From assembly GCA_963781975.1 (NCBI GenBank), contig CAWAHT010000001.1, forward strand, positions 10,327-74,326: a stretch of DNA of 64,000 bases, read 5' to 3'. Shown one piece after another: positions 1 through 14,308 of this stretch. A model generated the notes under the pieces. It did not search any database. It worked only from the letters and a program-made list of their open reading frames with translations, and was not told where the DNA came from. Origin of the DNA: an uncultured beta proteobacterium. Its GTDB lineage: Bacteria > Pseudomonadota > Gammaproteobacteria > Burkholderiales > Burkholderiaceae_F. The stretch's first letter is position 1. Every line of letters starts with the position of its first letter. A program made the translations under genes and the position numbers.

Positions 1-729
1 CCGGCGGTGCGGCTGGGGCTGGCCCTGGTGCGCGGCCTGGGCGCGGACGCCGCCGCGCGCATCGAGGCCGCCCGCGCCCGGGGCGCCTTTGCCAGCGTGG
101 CCGACCTGGGGCACCGCGCGCAGCTCGCGCGCACCGACATCGCGCGGCTGGCCGATGCCGATGCACTGGCCGCACTCAGCGGACACCGGCGCGCGGCGCT
201 ATGGACGGTGCTGGGACTGGACGTGCAGGCGGCGCAGCAGGCGCCGCTCGCGGCCGGGCCGCCGCGGCACGAACCGCAGGCGCAACTGCTGCCCCCTACG
301 GAAGGCCAGGACATCGTCGCCGACTACCGCAGCACCCGCCTGAGCCTGCGCCGCCATCCGGTCGCGCTGCTGCGCCCGCGCCTGCAGGCGCTGCGGCTGT
401 CCAGTGCCCGCCAGGTGTCGCAGGGGCGCCACCGCCAGCTGATCCGCACCTGCGGCATCGTCACCTGCCGGCAGCGGCCGGCCAGCGCCAGCGGCGTCAC
501 CTTCGTCACGCTCGAGGACGAAACCGGCTGCCTCAATGTCGTGGTCTGGCGCGACGTGGCCGAGCGCTTCCGCCAGGAACTGCTGGGGGCCTCGCTGCTC
601 GCCGTCTATGGGCACCTGGAGCGGGTGGACACGCACGGCAGCGCGGTGCTGCATGTGATCGCCGGACGCCTGGTCGACCACTCCCGCCTGCTGGGCGCAC
701 TGGCGATGCAGAGCCATGATTTTCACTGA
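1..729 (+). CDS. dnaE2: Error-prone DNA polymerase III alpha subunit DnaE2/ImuC, C-terminal part (truncated by window edge)
   Basis: HhH region (RLGLALVRGLG), OB-fold ([20 protein letters not shown]) and C-terminal SHDFH, matching the DnaE2 S[R/H]DF[H/R] motif. Confidence 0.93.
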   Translation, partial: PAVRLGLALVRGLGADAAARIEAARARGAFASVADLGHRAQLARTDIARLADADALAALSGHRRAALWTVLGLDVQAAQQAPLAAGPPRHEPQAQLLPPTEGQDIVADYRSTRLSLRRHPVALLRPRLQALRLSSARQVSQGRHRQLIRTCGIVTCRQRPASASGVTFVTLEDETGCLNVVVWRDVAERFRQELLGASLLAVYGHLERVDTHGSAVLHVIAGRLVDHSRLLGALAMQSHDFH

Positions 730-756
730 GGCCGCGCGCAGCGGCCGGCGTCGGCT

Positions 757-3585
757 TCAGGCCGACGCCGCATGCGCGGCGCTCGGCTCCGCCAGCAGGC
801 GCACGTAGTCGTCGGCGGGCAGCGGCCGGGCATACAGGAACCCCTGCGCTTCATCGCAGCCCCACTGCCGCAGCCACGCCGCCTGGCGGCCGGTCTCCAC
901 GCCCTCGGCGACGACCCGCAGGCCGAGCGTATGCGCCAGGCTGATGATGGCCACCGCGATCGCGCGCGAACCCGCCGAGTGTTCAATGTCCTTGACGAAG
1001 CTGCGATCGATCTTCATCACGTCGATGGGCAGGCTCTGCAGGTAGGACAGCGACGAATACCCGGTGCCGAAGTCGTCCAGCGCGATGCGGAAGCCGGCCC
1101 GGCGCAGGTCTTCGAGGCGCGCGCGCGTGCCGGGCAGGTCGTTCACCAGGGCGCTTTCCGTGATTTCCAGTTCGATTAGCGCGGGCGTCACGCCGGCGGC
1201 GGCCACGATTGCGCCCAGCCGCTGCCCGATCTGCGGGTTTTGCAGCTGGCGCGTGGAGACGTTCACGGAAATCGGCCGGCAGGCGACGCCGCGGCGCTGT
1301 TGCGCGGCCAGCCATGCGCAGGTCTGCGCCAGGACGTCCTCGCCGAGGCGCTCGATCAGGCCGATCTCCTCGGCCAGGCGGATGAACCGTTCGGGCGGCA
1401 CCGAGCCGCGCTGCGGGTGATCCCAGCGCGCCAGCGCCTCGGCGCCGTTGAGCCGGCCATCGGCCAGGAACACGCGCGGCTGGAAATGCACCCGGATCTG
1501 CCCGGCCTCGAGCGCCGCCCGCAGGTCCTTCTCCAGCGCGAGGATCTCGAAGGCGGCGCGCCCCATGGCCGGCTGGAAGTGGACGGCGCGGCCGCGCCCG
1601 CCTTCCTTGGCCCGATACATCGCCGTATCGGCATTGCGGATCAGATCCTCGCGCCGCGTGCCGTCGCCCGGAAAGTGCGCGATGCCGACGCTCGCGCTGA
1701 CGTGCGCCTCCACCGGGCCGATGGACATCTTCTGCGACAGCGCACGGATGATGCCGTGCGCCAGTTCGTCGATCCGTTCGCGTGGTTCGATCGCGCGCGT
1801 CAGCACGATGAATTCGTCGCCGCCGAGCCGGGCGAGCACGTCCTGCGTTCCGAGGCAGCGACCGATGCGCGCCGCCGCCTCGACCAGCAACGCATCGCCG
1901 GCATCGTGCCCCAGGCCGTCGTTGACGCTCTTGAACCGGTCCAGGTCGATGAAGAGCAGGGCGAACGGGTGCGGCACGGCGCCGGCCAGCCAGCGCTCGA
2001 TGATCTCGTGGACGCACAGCCGGTTGGGCAGGCCCGTGAGGTGGTCGTTGCGGGCCTCGGCGATCAACTGCGCCTCGCGTCCGGCCGCATCGACGGCGAC
2101 GCCGACCCGTTTGCCCAGCTCGACCAGCTGTTCGATGACCGCCCCATCGGGCGTGGCGCCCGATGCCGTACCGGCGCCGATCACGATGCGGGCGCTGTTG
2201 CGCGTCAGGATCGGCACCAGCACGCCGGCGCGCGCCCCGGCATCGAGCAGGATGCGCCCCATGGCGCCGGCCCGGTGGGCCGCCGAGGGGTCGATGACGA
2301 CGACCTGCCCGCGGCCGAATTCCACGCGTTCCGGCGCATCGGCCGGCAGGTGCAGCCGGCGCGGGGCCGTCTCGCCCGCGAGCCACAGCGGCACCTCGAT
2401 GGCGCCGGTCGCGCCGGCCGCGATGTGCGTGAGCGCAAACACGCCGTCGGGCAGCAGTTGCCGCGCCAGGGCCAGCACCTGGCCGGCGATGCGGTCCAGA
2501 TCGAGCGAACCCAGAATCTCCTGGTCGATCGCCGCCAGCGTCCGCAGCGCCGCGATGCGCCGCTCCAGCGCCTGCGCCATGTGGTTGAAGGCCCCGGCCA
2601 GGGCGCCGAATTCGTCGGGCCGATCGCATGCGACCGGCTGCGAGAAATCCGCTGCCGCGATGCGCCGCGTGGCGTCCATGAGCTGCTCGAGCGGCACCAG
2701 CGTGCGGCGGATCTGCGTGAGACTGAGGAACCCTACCAGCACCAGGCCGGCGAGCGCGGCCTCGATGTACGTCATGGCCACGTGCCGGTTGGCGAGGACA
2801 CCGCTGCCGGCCGGGCGCAAGGCGACGAACACCCAGCGGCCGAAATTCAGGTTGGTGGTCGGCAGCAGGGTCCACGCGCCCGCGGCGAACGACGCATCGG
2901 CAGGCGCCGCCGCGCCCGTGGCGCGCGCCCATGCCAGCGCTGCCGCGGCCAGCCGCGGGTCCGAACAGTGGAGGACCGCGCCGCGCTGCGCATCGATCGC
3001 GCACATCCCCGTCTGGGCGGGCAGGGAATCGGCGTCGCCAAAGACGTAGCCCGGATCGAGGGCGGCGACCAATCGCCCGCGGTGGGCGCCGCCGGATCCG
3101 GCGCCGTGCACCAGCAGCAGCGGCGCTTCGGCGCCATGGCCCGCGAGCGCCAGCAGCGCATCGGCGCCGGGACGCAGGCCCGGCGCGTCCGGCGCATCCA
3201 GCGCGCCGCCGAGCAACGCCGGCGGCAGTTGCGCCAGGCCCGCCAGCGCGCCGATTGCTCCGCGCTCGTCGACCGCCGCCGCGGCCGCGAACGGCCGTTC
3301 GCCCTCGGCGCCGACCAGTGCCGACCGGCGTTCGCCCGCATCCCGCGCGCTGCCGATCCGCGCCAGCATCGCCTGGGCCGCACGCAGCCGCGCGAACACC
3401 TCGATGCCGTAGCTCTTGCCGTAGGCGCCGAGCTCGGCCTCCACCTGGCGTTCGAGCAGGTCGCTCACGCCGCGGTAGGTCAGGATCGCCAGCAGCGCCA
3501 GCGGAACGGTCGAGGAGAACAGGAACAGCGCGAACATGCGGCGCCCGACGGCACTGCGCAGGAACGTACCGTGGATCCCGCCCAT
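757..3585 (-). CDS. Membrane-anchored diguanylate cyclase/phosphodiesterase (periplasmic sensor, HAMP, GAF-like linker, GGDEF, EAL)
   Basis: Two TM segments, HAMP ([18 protein letters not shown]), [42 protein letters not shown]; ATG 3585 chosen to avoid overlap with the upstream gene. Confidence 0.92.
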   Translation of the reverse strand: MGGIHGTFLRSAVGRRMFALFLFSSTVPLALLAILTYRGVSDLLERQVEAELGAYGKSYGIEVFARLRAAQAMLARIGSARDAGERRSALVGAEGERPFAAAAAVDERGAIGALAGLAQLPPALLGGALDAPDAPGLRPGADALLALAGHGAEAPLLLVHGAGSGGAHRGRLVAALDPGYVFGDADSLPAQTGMCAIDAQRGAVLHCSDPRLAAAALAWARATGAAAPADASFAAGAWTLLPTTNLNFGRWVFVALRPAGSGVLANRHVAMTYIEAALAGLVLVGFLSLTQIRRTLVPLEQLMDATRRIAAADFSQPVACDRPDEFGALAGAFNHMAQALERRIAALRTLAAIDQEILGSLDLDRIAGQVLALARQLLPDGVFALTHIAAGATGAIEVPLWLAGETAPRRLHLPADAPERVEFGRGQVVVIDPSAAHRAGAMGRILLDAGARAGVLVPILTRNSARIVIGAGTASGATPDGAVIEQLVELGKRVGVAVDAAGREAQLIAEARNDHLTGLPNRLCVHEIIERWLAGAVPHPFALLFIDLDRFKSVNDGLGHDAGDALLVEAAARIGRCLGTQDVLARLGGDEFIVLTRAIEPRERIDELAHGIIRALSQKMSIGPVEAHVSASVGIAHFPGDGTRREDLIRNADTAMYRAKEGGRGRAVHFQPAMGRAAFEILALEKDLRAALEAGQIRVHFQPRVFLADGRLNGAEALARWDHPQRGSVPPERFIRLAEEIGLIERLGEDVLAQTCAWLAAQQRRGVACRPISVNVSTRQLQNPQIGQRLGAIVAAAGVTPALIELEITESALVNDLPGTRARLEDLRRAGFRIALDDFGTGYSSLSYLQSLPIDVMKIDRSFVKDIEHSAGSRAIAVAIISLAHTLGLRVVAEGVETGRQAAWLRQWGCDEAQGFLYARPLPADDYVRLLAEPSAAHAASA

Positions 3586-3592
3586 CGGCGCC

Positions 3593-4123
3593 TCAGAACT
3601 TGCTCGCCAGGCCGTAGTACGAACCGGTGCCGGCGCGGATGACATCGTCCTGGCTGACCGACTGCGTGATCGGCATCTTGCTCTGGCCGTCCTTGCCCAC
3701 GCTGTAGAGGTCGTAGTCCGCGTTGAGCGGATTGAGGTTGCGGTCGCGCCGCACCTTGCCGTTGCCGTTGACCAGCGCGTGGTTGATGTACTGGTAAGGA
3801 TTGCCCCAGGGGTCGACGCAGGTGCCGACGGTGCAGCCGACCGCGTCGAGGGCGACCGGGTACCGGTGGGCGTCGACGTAGTAGAAGTCGATCTTGGCCG
3901 CGAGCGCCCGGATGTCCTTGGTGGCGTCCTGCACCTGGATGCGATACGTGTAGCTGCCGTACTGCGACAGCGCCATCGTGGCGAACAGCGCCAGGATGGC
4001 GATCGCGAACATCAGTTCGACGACGGTCAGGCCCCGCGCCGCGCGCGCGCCGCCGCGCCGCCGGCGGGGCCGCAATGGTCGCGCGCCGGCCGGCGCGCTC
4101 GCGCCGTGCAGCAGCACTCTCAT
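3593..4123 (-). CDS. Prepilin-type N-terminal cleavage/methylation protein, GspG-like pseudopilin
   Basis: Basic leader, then G|[17 protein letters not shown] (E at +5), DPWGNPYQY and [10 protein letters not shown] motifs; start uncertain. Confidence 0.85.
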   Translation of the reverse strand: MRVLLHGASAPAGARPLRPRRRRGGARAARGLTVVELMFAIAILALFATMALSQYGSYTYRIQVQDATKDIRALAAKIDFYYVDAHRYPVALDAVGCTVGTCVDPWGNPYQYINHALVNGNGKVRRDRNLNPLNADYDLYSVGKDGQSKMPITQSVSQDDVIRAGTGSYYGLASKF

Positions 4124-4343
4124 TGTCGGATGGCGCAGCACCTGCGATCCTTGGATCTGCCATGGCTGGCGGAATTGGGGTGGCATCAGGTTACCGGCCC
4201 GCCCCCCGCCGCAAATGGCAAATTGACGGCCGATCTCGCCCCATCTCGCCGCGCCGGGCGCGTCGGGTCGGGGCCGGCGCCCGGGCGGCGCCGGTTGCGT
4301 CGGCGGATCCCGCACGTCGGCGCGGCCGCCGCCGCGCGGGCGG

Positions 4344-4871
4344 CTAGCTGCCTTCGACGTGGGCGGCGAGCTGGTCGAGCGTGCCGCCCCAGCCGGTGTT
4401 CATGCTGTCGTGCGAGCGGTCGAAGGTCTGGCGCTCCTCCTCGGTGACGCCGGGCAGCAGCGACCAGCGCAGCGCGAACAAGGTGCCCTCGACGTGTTCG
4501 TCGAAGGTCATGGTGGTCAGCAGCTCGAGCGGCCAGGTGGGGCTCAAAGGATGGCGGGTGAGGTCGCCGGCGGCGTTGGAAAACGCGTTGACGTAGACGA
4601 GCAACTGCGGCGGCACGATCTCGCGGTAGACGAACTTGCCCCACAGCACGGCACCGTCGAGGGCATGCAGGGCATAGTGGTAGCTGCCGCCCGGACGCAG
4701 GTCCATGCGGGCGCCCGCCACGCTGAAGCCCTTGGGGCCCCACCAGCGTTTCATGTCCGCCGGATCGGTGAACGCCTGGAACACGCGCTCGCGCGGCGCG
4801 CGCAGCACGCGGGCGATGACAAAGTCGGCATCGGGCTCGCGATCGGTCGGGTGCGACGTCTTTTCGTCCAT
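4344..4871 (-). CDS. SRPBCC/AHSA1-like (START fold) protein
   Basis: APRERVFQAFTDP..WWGPKG..DLRPGG and C-terminal GWGGTLDQL. Confidence 0.9.
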   Translation of the reverse strand: MDEKTSHPTDREPDADFVIARVLRAPRERVFQAFTDPADMKRWWGPKGFSVAGARMDLRPGGSYHYALHALDGAVLWGKFVYREIVPPQLLVYVNAFSNAAGDLTRHPLSPTWPLELLTTMTFDEHVEGTLFALRWSLLPGVTEEERQTFDRSHDSMNTGWGGTLDQLAAHVEGS

Positions 4872-4988
4872 GCTGGGCCTCGTGCGGCGGTCAGGGGCGG
4901 GGCGCGGTGCCACCGCGCACCGCAGGGCCCCGCGGCACGCCGCCGCGGTGCACGCCTGCGGTGCCGCCCGCCGGCCGTATCGTACGCG

Positions 4989-7374
<2,386 letters not shown>

Positions 7375-7460
7375 CTGATCATGGGTATCGCGGCGCGCGC
7401 GCAACCGCACATGATATCCCGCGCTGCAGCCCTGCCCCTCTGCCGCTGGCGCGGGGCGCC

Positions 7461-7594
7461 TTTCACCCTCTCCCTCCGGGAGAGGGCCGGGGTGAGGGTG
7501 CGCGCCAACCAGCCCTCACCCCCGGCCCCTCTCCCGCTGCGCGGGCGAGGGGGGAATTTCACCCTCTCCCTCCGGGAGAGGGCCGGGGTGAGGG
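7461..7594. repeat. REP/BIME-like palindromic repeat cluster (direct, inverted, direct)
   Basis: Identical 38-mer TTTCACCCTCTCCCTCCGGGAGAGGGCCGGGGTGAGGG at 7461-7498 and 7557-7594, with a diverged inverted copy at about 7513-7553. Confidence 0.85.
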
Positions 7595-7627
7595 ATCGAC
7601 CCCAGGCGCAGGAGGATCGAGCCGGCC

Positions 7628-10600
7628 TCAGGCCGCCGAGGTGGCGGCCGCGTCGCTGGCGGCCGCGCGCCGCCGCGAGTGGTCCTCGGCCAGGAACATG
7701 TACATCGCCGGCACCACGAACAGCGTGAACAGCGTGCCGATCGACAGGCCGGTGAAGATCACCAGGCCCATGGCCTGGCGGCCCGCGGCGCCGGCGCCGG
7801 AGGCGATCACCAGCGGCACCACGCCCAGCACCATGGCCGCGGTGGTCATCAGGATCGGGCGCAGCCGCACGCCGGCCGCCTCGATCGATCGCCTCGCAGC
7901 TTGGTCATGGCCGGCGCGCTGCAGCTCGTTGGCGAACTGCACGATCAGGATGCCGTGCTTGCTGATCAGCCCCATCAGCGTCACCAGGCCCACCTGCGTG
8001 TAGATGTTGAGCGTGGCGAGCCCAGGTTGATGAAGATCAGCGCGCCGAACAGCGCCAGCGGCACCGACACCAGGATCACGATCGGATCGCGGAAGCTCTC
8101 GAACTGCGCCGCCAGCGCCAGGAACACGATGATGACCGCGAACAGCAGCGTGACGAGGAAGCCGCCGGACTCCTGCATGAACTGGCGCGACTGGCCCGGA
8201 GTAGTCGACCGTGTAGCCGCGTCGGCGCGACCTCCTGCAGCGTGTCGCGCAGGAACTGTCAGCGCCTCGCCCTGCGACACGCCGGCGCGACACGCCGGAG
8301 ATGGTCGCCGAGTTGAGCTGCTGGAAGTGGTTGATCGACTCCGGCACCGACCTGGTACTTGATGCTGCGCGACCGTGCGAGGCCGGGATGAGCGAGCCGG
8401 CCGGCGTGCGGATGTAGTAGTCCAGCACCTGCGTCGGGATTCAGCCGGTCGACCTGCAGCACCTGCGGAATCACCTTGTAGGAGCGGCCGGCGATCGAGA
8501 AGTAGTTGACGTAGCCGCCGCCCAGCGCCGCGCCCAGCGCGCGCGCCCACGTCCTGCTGGGTCAGGCCCAGCGTCGGCGATCATGTCGCGATCGACCACC
8601 ACGGTCGCCTGCGGCTTGTCGATCTTCAGGTCGCGCGTCGACGAAGTAGAACATGCCGCTGGCCTGCGCGCCTTGTCCAGCACCGCCTGCGCCACCTCGT
8701 TGAGGTTCTGCGAACGGCTCGGTCGTGGTGATCACGAACTGCACCGGCAGGCCCTGCGCGCCCGGCAGCGGCGGGAACTGGAAGGCGGCGACCTGCGCGC
8801 CGGCGATGTTGTTCCACTTGCTCCTGCAGCTCCTGCTGGATCTCGTGCGCGCTGCGCGTGCGCTCGTCCCAGGGCTTGAACAGCACGCCGCCGATGCCCT
8901 GGTTGACCGTCGGCACGCCGGTGATCTGGAACATCTGCTCGTATTCGGGCAGCTCGCTGGCGATCTCGAAGACCTGCTCGGCGTAAGGTCTGCATCTGCT
9001 GCGGACGTCGCATTCGGCGGCCCGATGATCTGGCACGAGCACGATGCCCTGGTCCTCCTCCGGCGCCAGCTCGGACTTGCGACGGTCATGAACAGGCAGC
9101 ACCGCGCCGCCAGCAGGATGCAGCGCCCATGACCACCAGCACCGGCCAGGTGTCGCAGCGATGCTCGCGCAGCAGCGCGCTGGTAGCGCGTGGTGCACCC
9201 GCTCGAACTGGCGGTCGATGCAGCTGCGCGAAGCGCGCCTGCTGTCCTGCTCGGCGCGGAAGAAGCGCGAGCACATCATCGGCGACAGGGTCAGCGCGAC
9301 GATGCCGGAGACGGTCACCGCGCCGGCCAGCGTGAAGGCGAACTCGGTGAACAGCGCGCCGGTCAGGCCGCCCTGGAAGCCGATCGGCACGTAGACCGCG
9401 ACCAGCACCACGGTCATCGCGATGATCGGGCCGCCCAGCTCGCGCGCCGCCGACCAGCGCCGCCTCCAGCGGCGACTTGCCCTCCTCCTTCATGTGGCGG
9501 TCGACGTTCTCCACCACGATGATGGCGTCGTCGACCACCAGGCCGATGGCCAGCACCAGCGCCAGCAGCGTCAGCAGGTTGATCGAGTAGCCCAGCACCA
9601 GCATCACGAAGAAGGTGCCGATCAGCGACAGCGGCATCGCGATCACGCGGCATCGACCACCGCGCGCAAGCTGCCGAGGAACAGGAAGATCACCACGGTG
9701 ACGATGAGCAGCGCCTCGACCAGCGTCTTGATGACTTCGCTGATCGAGCGTGTTGATGAACTCGGTGGCGTCGTAGACGATCTCGCCGGTCAGGCCGGTG
9801 GGCAGCTGCTGCTGGATGTCCGGGAAGCGCCTTGCGCACGCGCTTGGCCACGTCGAGGATGTTGGCCTCCGGCGCCACCTTGATGCCGATGAACACCGAG
9901 CTGCTCGCCGCTGAAGGCCGACGTTGAAGTCGTAGTTCTCGGCGCCGAGCGTGACGGTGGCGACGTCCTCGAGGCGCACGATCGCGCCGTCCGCTCTGCT
10001 TGACGACCAGCTGCTTGAACTCGTCGACCGAGTGCAGGTCGGTGCCGGCGGTCAGGTCGACGGTGACCATCTGGCCCTTGGTGGTGCCGAGCGCGGCCAG
10101 GTAGTTGTTGGTGGCGAGCGCAGTGCTGACGTCGCTGGCGGTGACGCCGTGCGCCGCCATGCGGTCCGGATCGAGCCAGGCGCGCAGCGCGAACAGGCGC
10201 GCGCCGAGGATCTCGGCGGTCTGCACGCCCTCGATCGAATCGAGCTTGGGCTTGACCACGCGCACCAGGTAGTCGGTGACGTTGTTGGTCGGCAGCGTGT
10301 CGCTGTAGAAGCCCATGTACATGGCGTCGGTGGTCTGGCCCGACCTGCACCGTCAGCACCGGCTGCTGCGCCTGCGGCGGCAGCTGGTTGCGCACCGAGT
10401 TGACCTGGGTGTTGATCTCGGTGAGCGCGCGGTTGGCGTCGTAGTTCAGGCGCAGCGTCGCGGTGATGGTCGAGACGCCGGTGATGCTGGAGGAGGACAG
10501 GTAGTCGATGCCCTGCGCCTGCGCGATCGCCGCCTCCAGCGGCTGGGTGATGAAGCCGGCCACCGTCTGCGGCGTCGGCGCCGTAGTAGGCGGTGCTGAT

Positions 10601-10739
10601 GGTGACGACCGCGTTCTGCGGTCTGCGGATACTGGTTGACCGGCAGGCTGAAGAGCGAGCGCAGGCCCAGCACCAGGATCAGCAGGCTGACGACGATCGC
10701 CAGCACCGGCCGGCGGATGAAGAGGTCGGTGAATTTCAT
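7628..10739 (-). CDS. RND efflux permease (AcrB/MexI/MexW-like); multiple frameshifts
   Basis: MKFTDLFIRRPVLA start, GLVVDDAIIVVENV, LAAQFESFRDP, GLISKHGILIV, RLRPILMTT spread over several frames. Confidence 0.9.
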
Positions 10740-10755
10740 CGGCGGCTGGCGCTCT

Positions 10756-11948
10756 CTACTGTTCCTGCGGCGTCGGGTTCGGGTCTGTTCGGCCGGCTGC
10801 ACGCTGTTGTCGATCACGCAGCGGCGTGCCGTTCTTGAGCTTGAGCTGGCCGCTGGTGACCACCTGCGTCGCCCTCCTTGACGCCCTTGAGGATCGGCCA
10901 CCTGGTCGCCGCGCGTCGCGCCCGGTGGTGACGAACACCTGCTGCGCCGGTCAGCGTGCGCCTCGCCCTTGTCGTCCTTGCTCGGCGGCTTCGGCCGACG
11001 AACACGGTCGCGCCGTAGGGGTTGTAGGTGATCGCGGTCTGCGGCAGCGTCAGGTAGCGCTGCTGGTGCCCACCGGCAGTCGACCGACGTTGGCGAACAT
11101 GCCCGGCAGCAGCTGGCGCTTCGGGTTGCGCACCGTCGCCTCGACCTGCACGTTGCGCGTGCCGGTGTCGACCTTGCGGATTGATGGCGGTGATCTTGCC
11201 GGCGAAGCTGCGCTCCGGCCAGGCGTCGGCCGCGACGGTCACGACCTGCGCCCAGCGGCGACGCTGCGCGAGCTGCTGCTGCGGCAGGTAGAAGTCGACG
11301 TAGATCGGATCGATGGTCTGCAGGGTGACGATCTTGTCGCCGGGATTCAGGTACTGGCCGGGATTCACCGTGGTGATGCCGAGTGCGCCCGGCGAACGGC
11401 GCGCGGATGGTCTTCTTGTCGACCAGCGCGCGCTGCTGCGCGACCAGGGCGCGTCTTGTTCTTGCAGGTCGGCCTCGTCGGTGTCGATCTGGCCTGGCTG
11501 ACGGCCTGGCCGCCAGCTGCTCCTGGTCGCGCGCCAGCACCGTCGCGCGCCAGGTCGGCCGCGGCCTGCAGCGACTTGAGCTGCGCCATCTCGGAATCGG
11601 CGTTGAGTTCGACCAGCACCGTGCCGGCCTCGACGTCCTGGCCCGGACTGGAAGCGTACCGACGCGCACCAGGCCGGCGACCTCGGTGGTGACGTCGACG
11701 CCGCGCACGGCGCGCAGGCTGCCGACCGTGTCGATCTGGTTGCGCCAGTCCTCGGCGCGCACCTTCTGCGTCGTGACGGTCGGCGGCGGCGGCGGCTTGA
11801 ACGAGGCCATCTTGTTGACGACGAACAGCACCTTGAGGCCCGCTATGGCCGCGATGAGCAGCACGGCGCCCAGCACCGTGAAGATGATCCGCCGTCCGTA
11901 TCGCGGACGCGCTGCGCTGGGGTCGGAAGAGATGAGGGAATTTGCCAT
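10756..11948 (-). CDS. RND periplasmic adaptor (membrane fusion protein, MexH/MexV-like); frameshifted
   Basis: N-terminal TM, VGSLRAVRGVDVTTEVAG, KKTIRAPFAG, LTLPQTAITYNPYG, VVTSGQLKL. Confidence 0.88.
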
Positions 11949-12034
11949 TGCATCGGTCTCGAAAAGTCACACCCGGGTTGATCCGCACGCCGCCGGCCGC
12001 GCGGCGCCCACGCCGCCCGCGACGCCGACGTCCA

Positions 12035-13534
12035 TCAATTGCTGCCGGCCGCCGGCGCCGCCGCGGCGGTCGCGGCCGCGTTCCACCAGCCGCCGCCCAG
12101 CGCCTGGAACAGCGCCGCGGTATCGGCCAGGCGGTCGGCGCGCGCCTGCGCCAGGTTGACGGCGGACTGCTGGAACTGCTGCTGCGCATTGAGCAGGGTC
12201 AGGAAGCTGACGGCGCCCGCGTCGTACTGGCGCTGCGCCAGTTCGGCCCCGGCCCTGGCCTGGGTGTAGGCATCGGCCTGCGCCGCCAGCGCCTGCGCGT
12301 CGATCTGCAGGGCGCGCAGCGCGTCGGCGACGTTCTGGAAGGCGGTCAGCACCGTCTGGCGGTAGGCGGCGGCCGCCTGGTCGAAGGCGGCCACGCGCGG
12401 CATCGCGCTGGGCGCGCAGCGCGCCGCCGCGGAAGATCGGCTGCAGCACGCCGGCCGTCAGTCCCCACACCTGGGAATCGGGCTTGAACAGCGAACCGGC
12501 GGTCAGCGCCGTATAGCCGACGTTGCCGCCCAGCGTGATCTGCGGGTACAGATTGGCCGTGGCCACGCCGACCTGCGGCGCTGGCCACGTGCAGCAGCGA
12601 CTCGGCCGGCGAGGATGTCCGGCCGCTGGCGCACGAGGTCGCTTGCCAGGCTCACCGGAATGTCAACCGGCAATTCAAGCTGCGCCACATCGATGGCCGC
12701 CAGGTCCGCCTCGGAGGGCGCCCTGCCCGCCAGCGCCGCGAGCAGGTGGCGCGTCTGCGCGCGCTGGCGCTCCAGCGGCGAAACCGCGGCGACGGTCTGC
12801 GCCAGCGCCGTACGCTGCGCCAATACGTCGCTGCGCGTGACGGCGCCCAGCGCGAAGCGGCGCTCGACGATGGCCAGCCCCGAGCGCTGCAGCTTTTCCA
12901 CGGCGCGCAGCGCGGCGATCTGCTCGCGCAGTTGCGCTTCGCGGATCACCGCGGTGACGACATTGGCCGTCAGCGCCAGCTGGGCCCCGCGCAGCTGGTG
13001 CTGCTCGTAGTCCACCTGCGCCTGCAGCGCCTCGAGCTGGCGGCGCACCGCGCCGAACAGGTCGAAGGTGTACGAGACGTTGACGCCGGCGTTCAGCAGC
13101 GAAAAGGCGGGAATGGGGCCGTTGACGCCGAAAGCCGCGCCCGACACGCGCTCGCGGTCGACGCCGGCCTGGGCATTCACGGCGGGAAACAGCAGGGAAC
13201 CGCGGCCCACCGCCAGGTTCTCCTGGGCCAGGCGCAGCGTCGCCGAGGCGGCAGCCAGCGACGGGTTGTCGCGCAGCGCGGCGGCGACGAAGGTGTCGAG
13301 CGCCGGCGATCGATACAGCGTCCACCAGTCCCGCACCAGGTCGTTGCCGGCGCGCAGCGACTGGGCCGGGCTCTGCGCGTCGGCGGCGGCGGTCGTCTGC
13401 AGCGGCAGCGGGCTCTCGATGTAGGTACCGCTATGGGCGGCGTCGGGACGCTCGAAATCCGGCCCGACCGCACATGCCCCCAGGAAAAAAAAGAAAACAA
13501 ACGGCGCACGCGCCCGCGCATCGCGAACCCGCAT
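12035..13534 (-). CDS. RND outer-membrane factor lipoprotein (NodT/OprM family); frameshifted near 12400-12610
   Basis: Lipobox LGAC-AVGPDF, WW..PALD, SYTFDLFG, RQRPDI, LFQALGGGW. Confidence 0.88.
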
Positions 13535-13675
13535 ACTTGAAAGCTCCTCTGCCTCGCGGCCTACCGGTGCGGCCCGTAAAAGCAGCGCGCGACCGGCCGT
13601 CCCTTCGCGGAACGTCGCCAAGCGGGAACGCTAACACGAAACACGATTCAATTCGGCGCGCCCGGCCCGGCGCCG

Positions 13676-13694
13676 TTATGGCAATTGCGCATAA
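13676..13694. promoter_or_regulatory. Candidate operator TTATG-N9-CATAA between divergent RND operon and hypothetical gene
   Basis: AT-rich inverted repeat TTATGGCAATTGCGCATAA in a GC-rich intergenic region. Confidence 0.3.
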
Positions 13695-13849
13695 GAGTCG
13701 ACGCCGGCGCAATATCCCGCGCCCCGGTGCGGCCGCACCGCCGGTGGCTTGCCGCAAGGTGAAACGCCGGCGAACCCCTGCACCATGCGGGGGCTTCAAG
13801 GCGGGATTTGCTATTCTGGCCGGTCCCACATGCCAACAGAAGAGCCAAC

Positions 13850-14278
13850 ATGAAGTCCAGTCCGATTCTTCAGTTGCTGCAGAAAAGAGAAGACCTGCTC
13901 AAGCAGCTCAACGACATCAATTCCCGGATCATCCGACTAACCCTCGACCACGGCGCGGATTCCGTGCCCTTGCTGGCGGCGCTGGCCGGCCGCGGGGCGG
14001 GTGCCGCGGCGGCGCCGGTGGCCGCGGCGCGGGGCGGGCGGCGGCGCAAGTGGTTCGAACGCGGGGAGATGATCAAGCTGGCGCGCAAGCTGCTCGCCAA
14101 GCCGATGACGCAGGCGGACCTGGTGCGCGGCCTGGCCGCGGCCAAGGGCTACGACAAGAGCCTGCCGGCCGCGGAGCAGGCGCGCTTCAAGAGCGCCGCC
14201 TACCAGGCCATCGCCGCCGCGCTCAGCGGCAAGCAGCTGTTGCGCAACAAGCTCGGCCAGGTATCGGCCCGCCGCTGA
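13850..14278 (+). CDS. Small basic hypothetical protein, possibly DNA-binding
   Basis: Coherent helical sequence: coiled-coil-like N-terminus, Ala/Gly linker, K/R-rich C-terminal domain; GC3-rich codons. Confidence 0.7.
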   Translation: MKSSPILQLLQKREDLLKQLNDINSRIIRLTLDHGADSVPLLAALAGRGAGAAAAPVAAARGGRRRKWFERGEMIKLARKLLAKPMTQADLVRGLAAAKGYDKSLPAAEQARFKSAAYQAIAAALSGKQLLRNKLGQVSARR

Positions 14279-14308
14279 TCGCGGCCCGGCAGGCGCCGGC
14301 CGGCGCGC

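Noticed and set aside
1240-3642. Long antisense and alternate-frame ORFs (e.g. 1240-3642 +, 4359-6518 +, 28941-31397 +, 33211-35628 +, 43427-45916 -)
   Set aside because: Arg/Ala/Pro-rich shadows of real genes, expected at very high GC; no recognisable motifs.
7461-7594. Possible mini-CRISPR (38-bp direct repeat)
   Set aside because: Only two direct copies, the intervening sequence is itself an inverted copy, and no cas genes are present.
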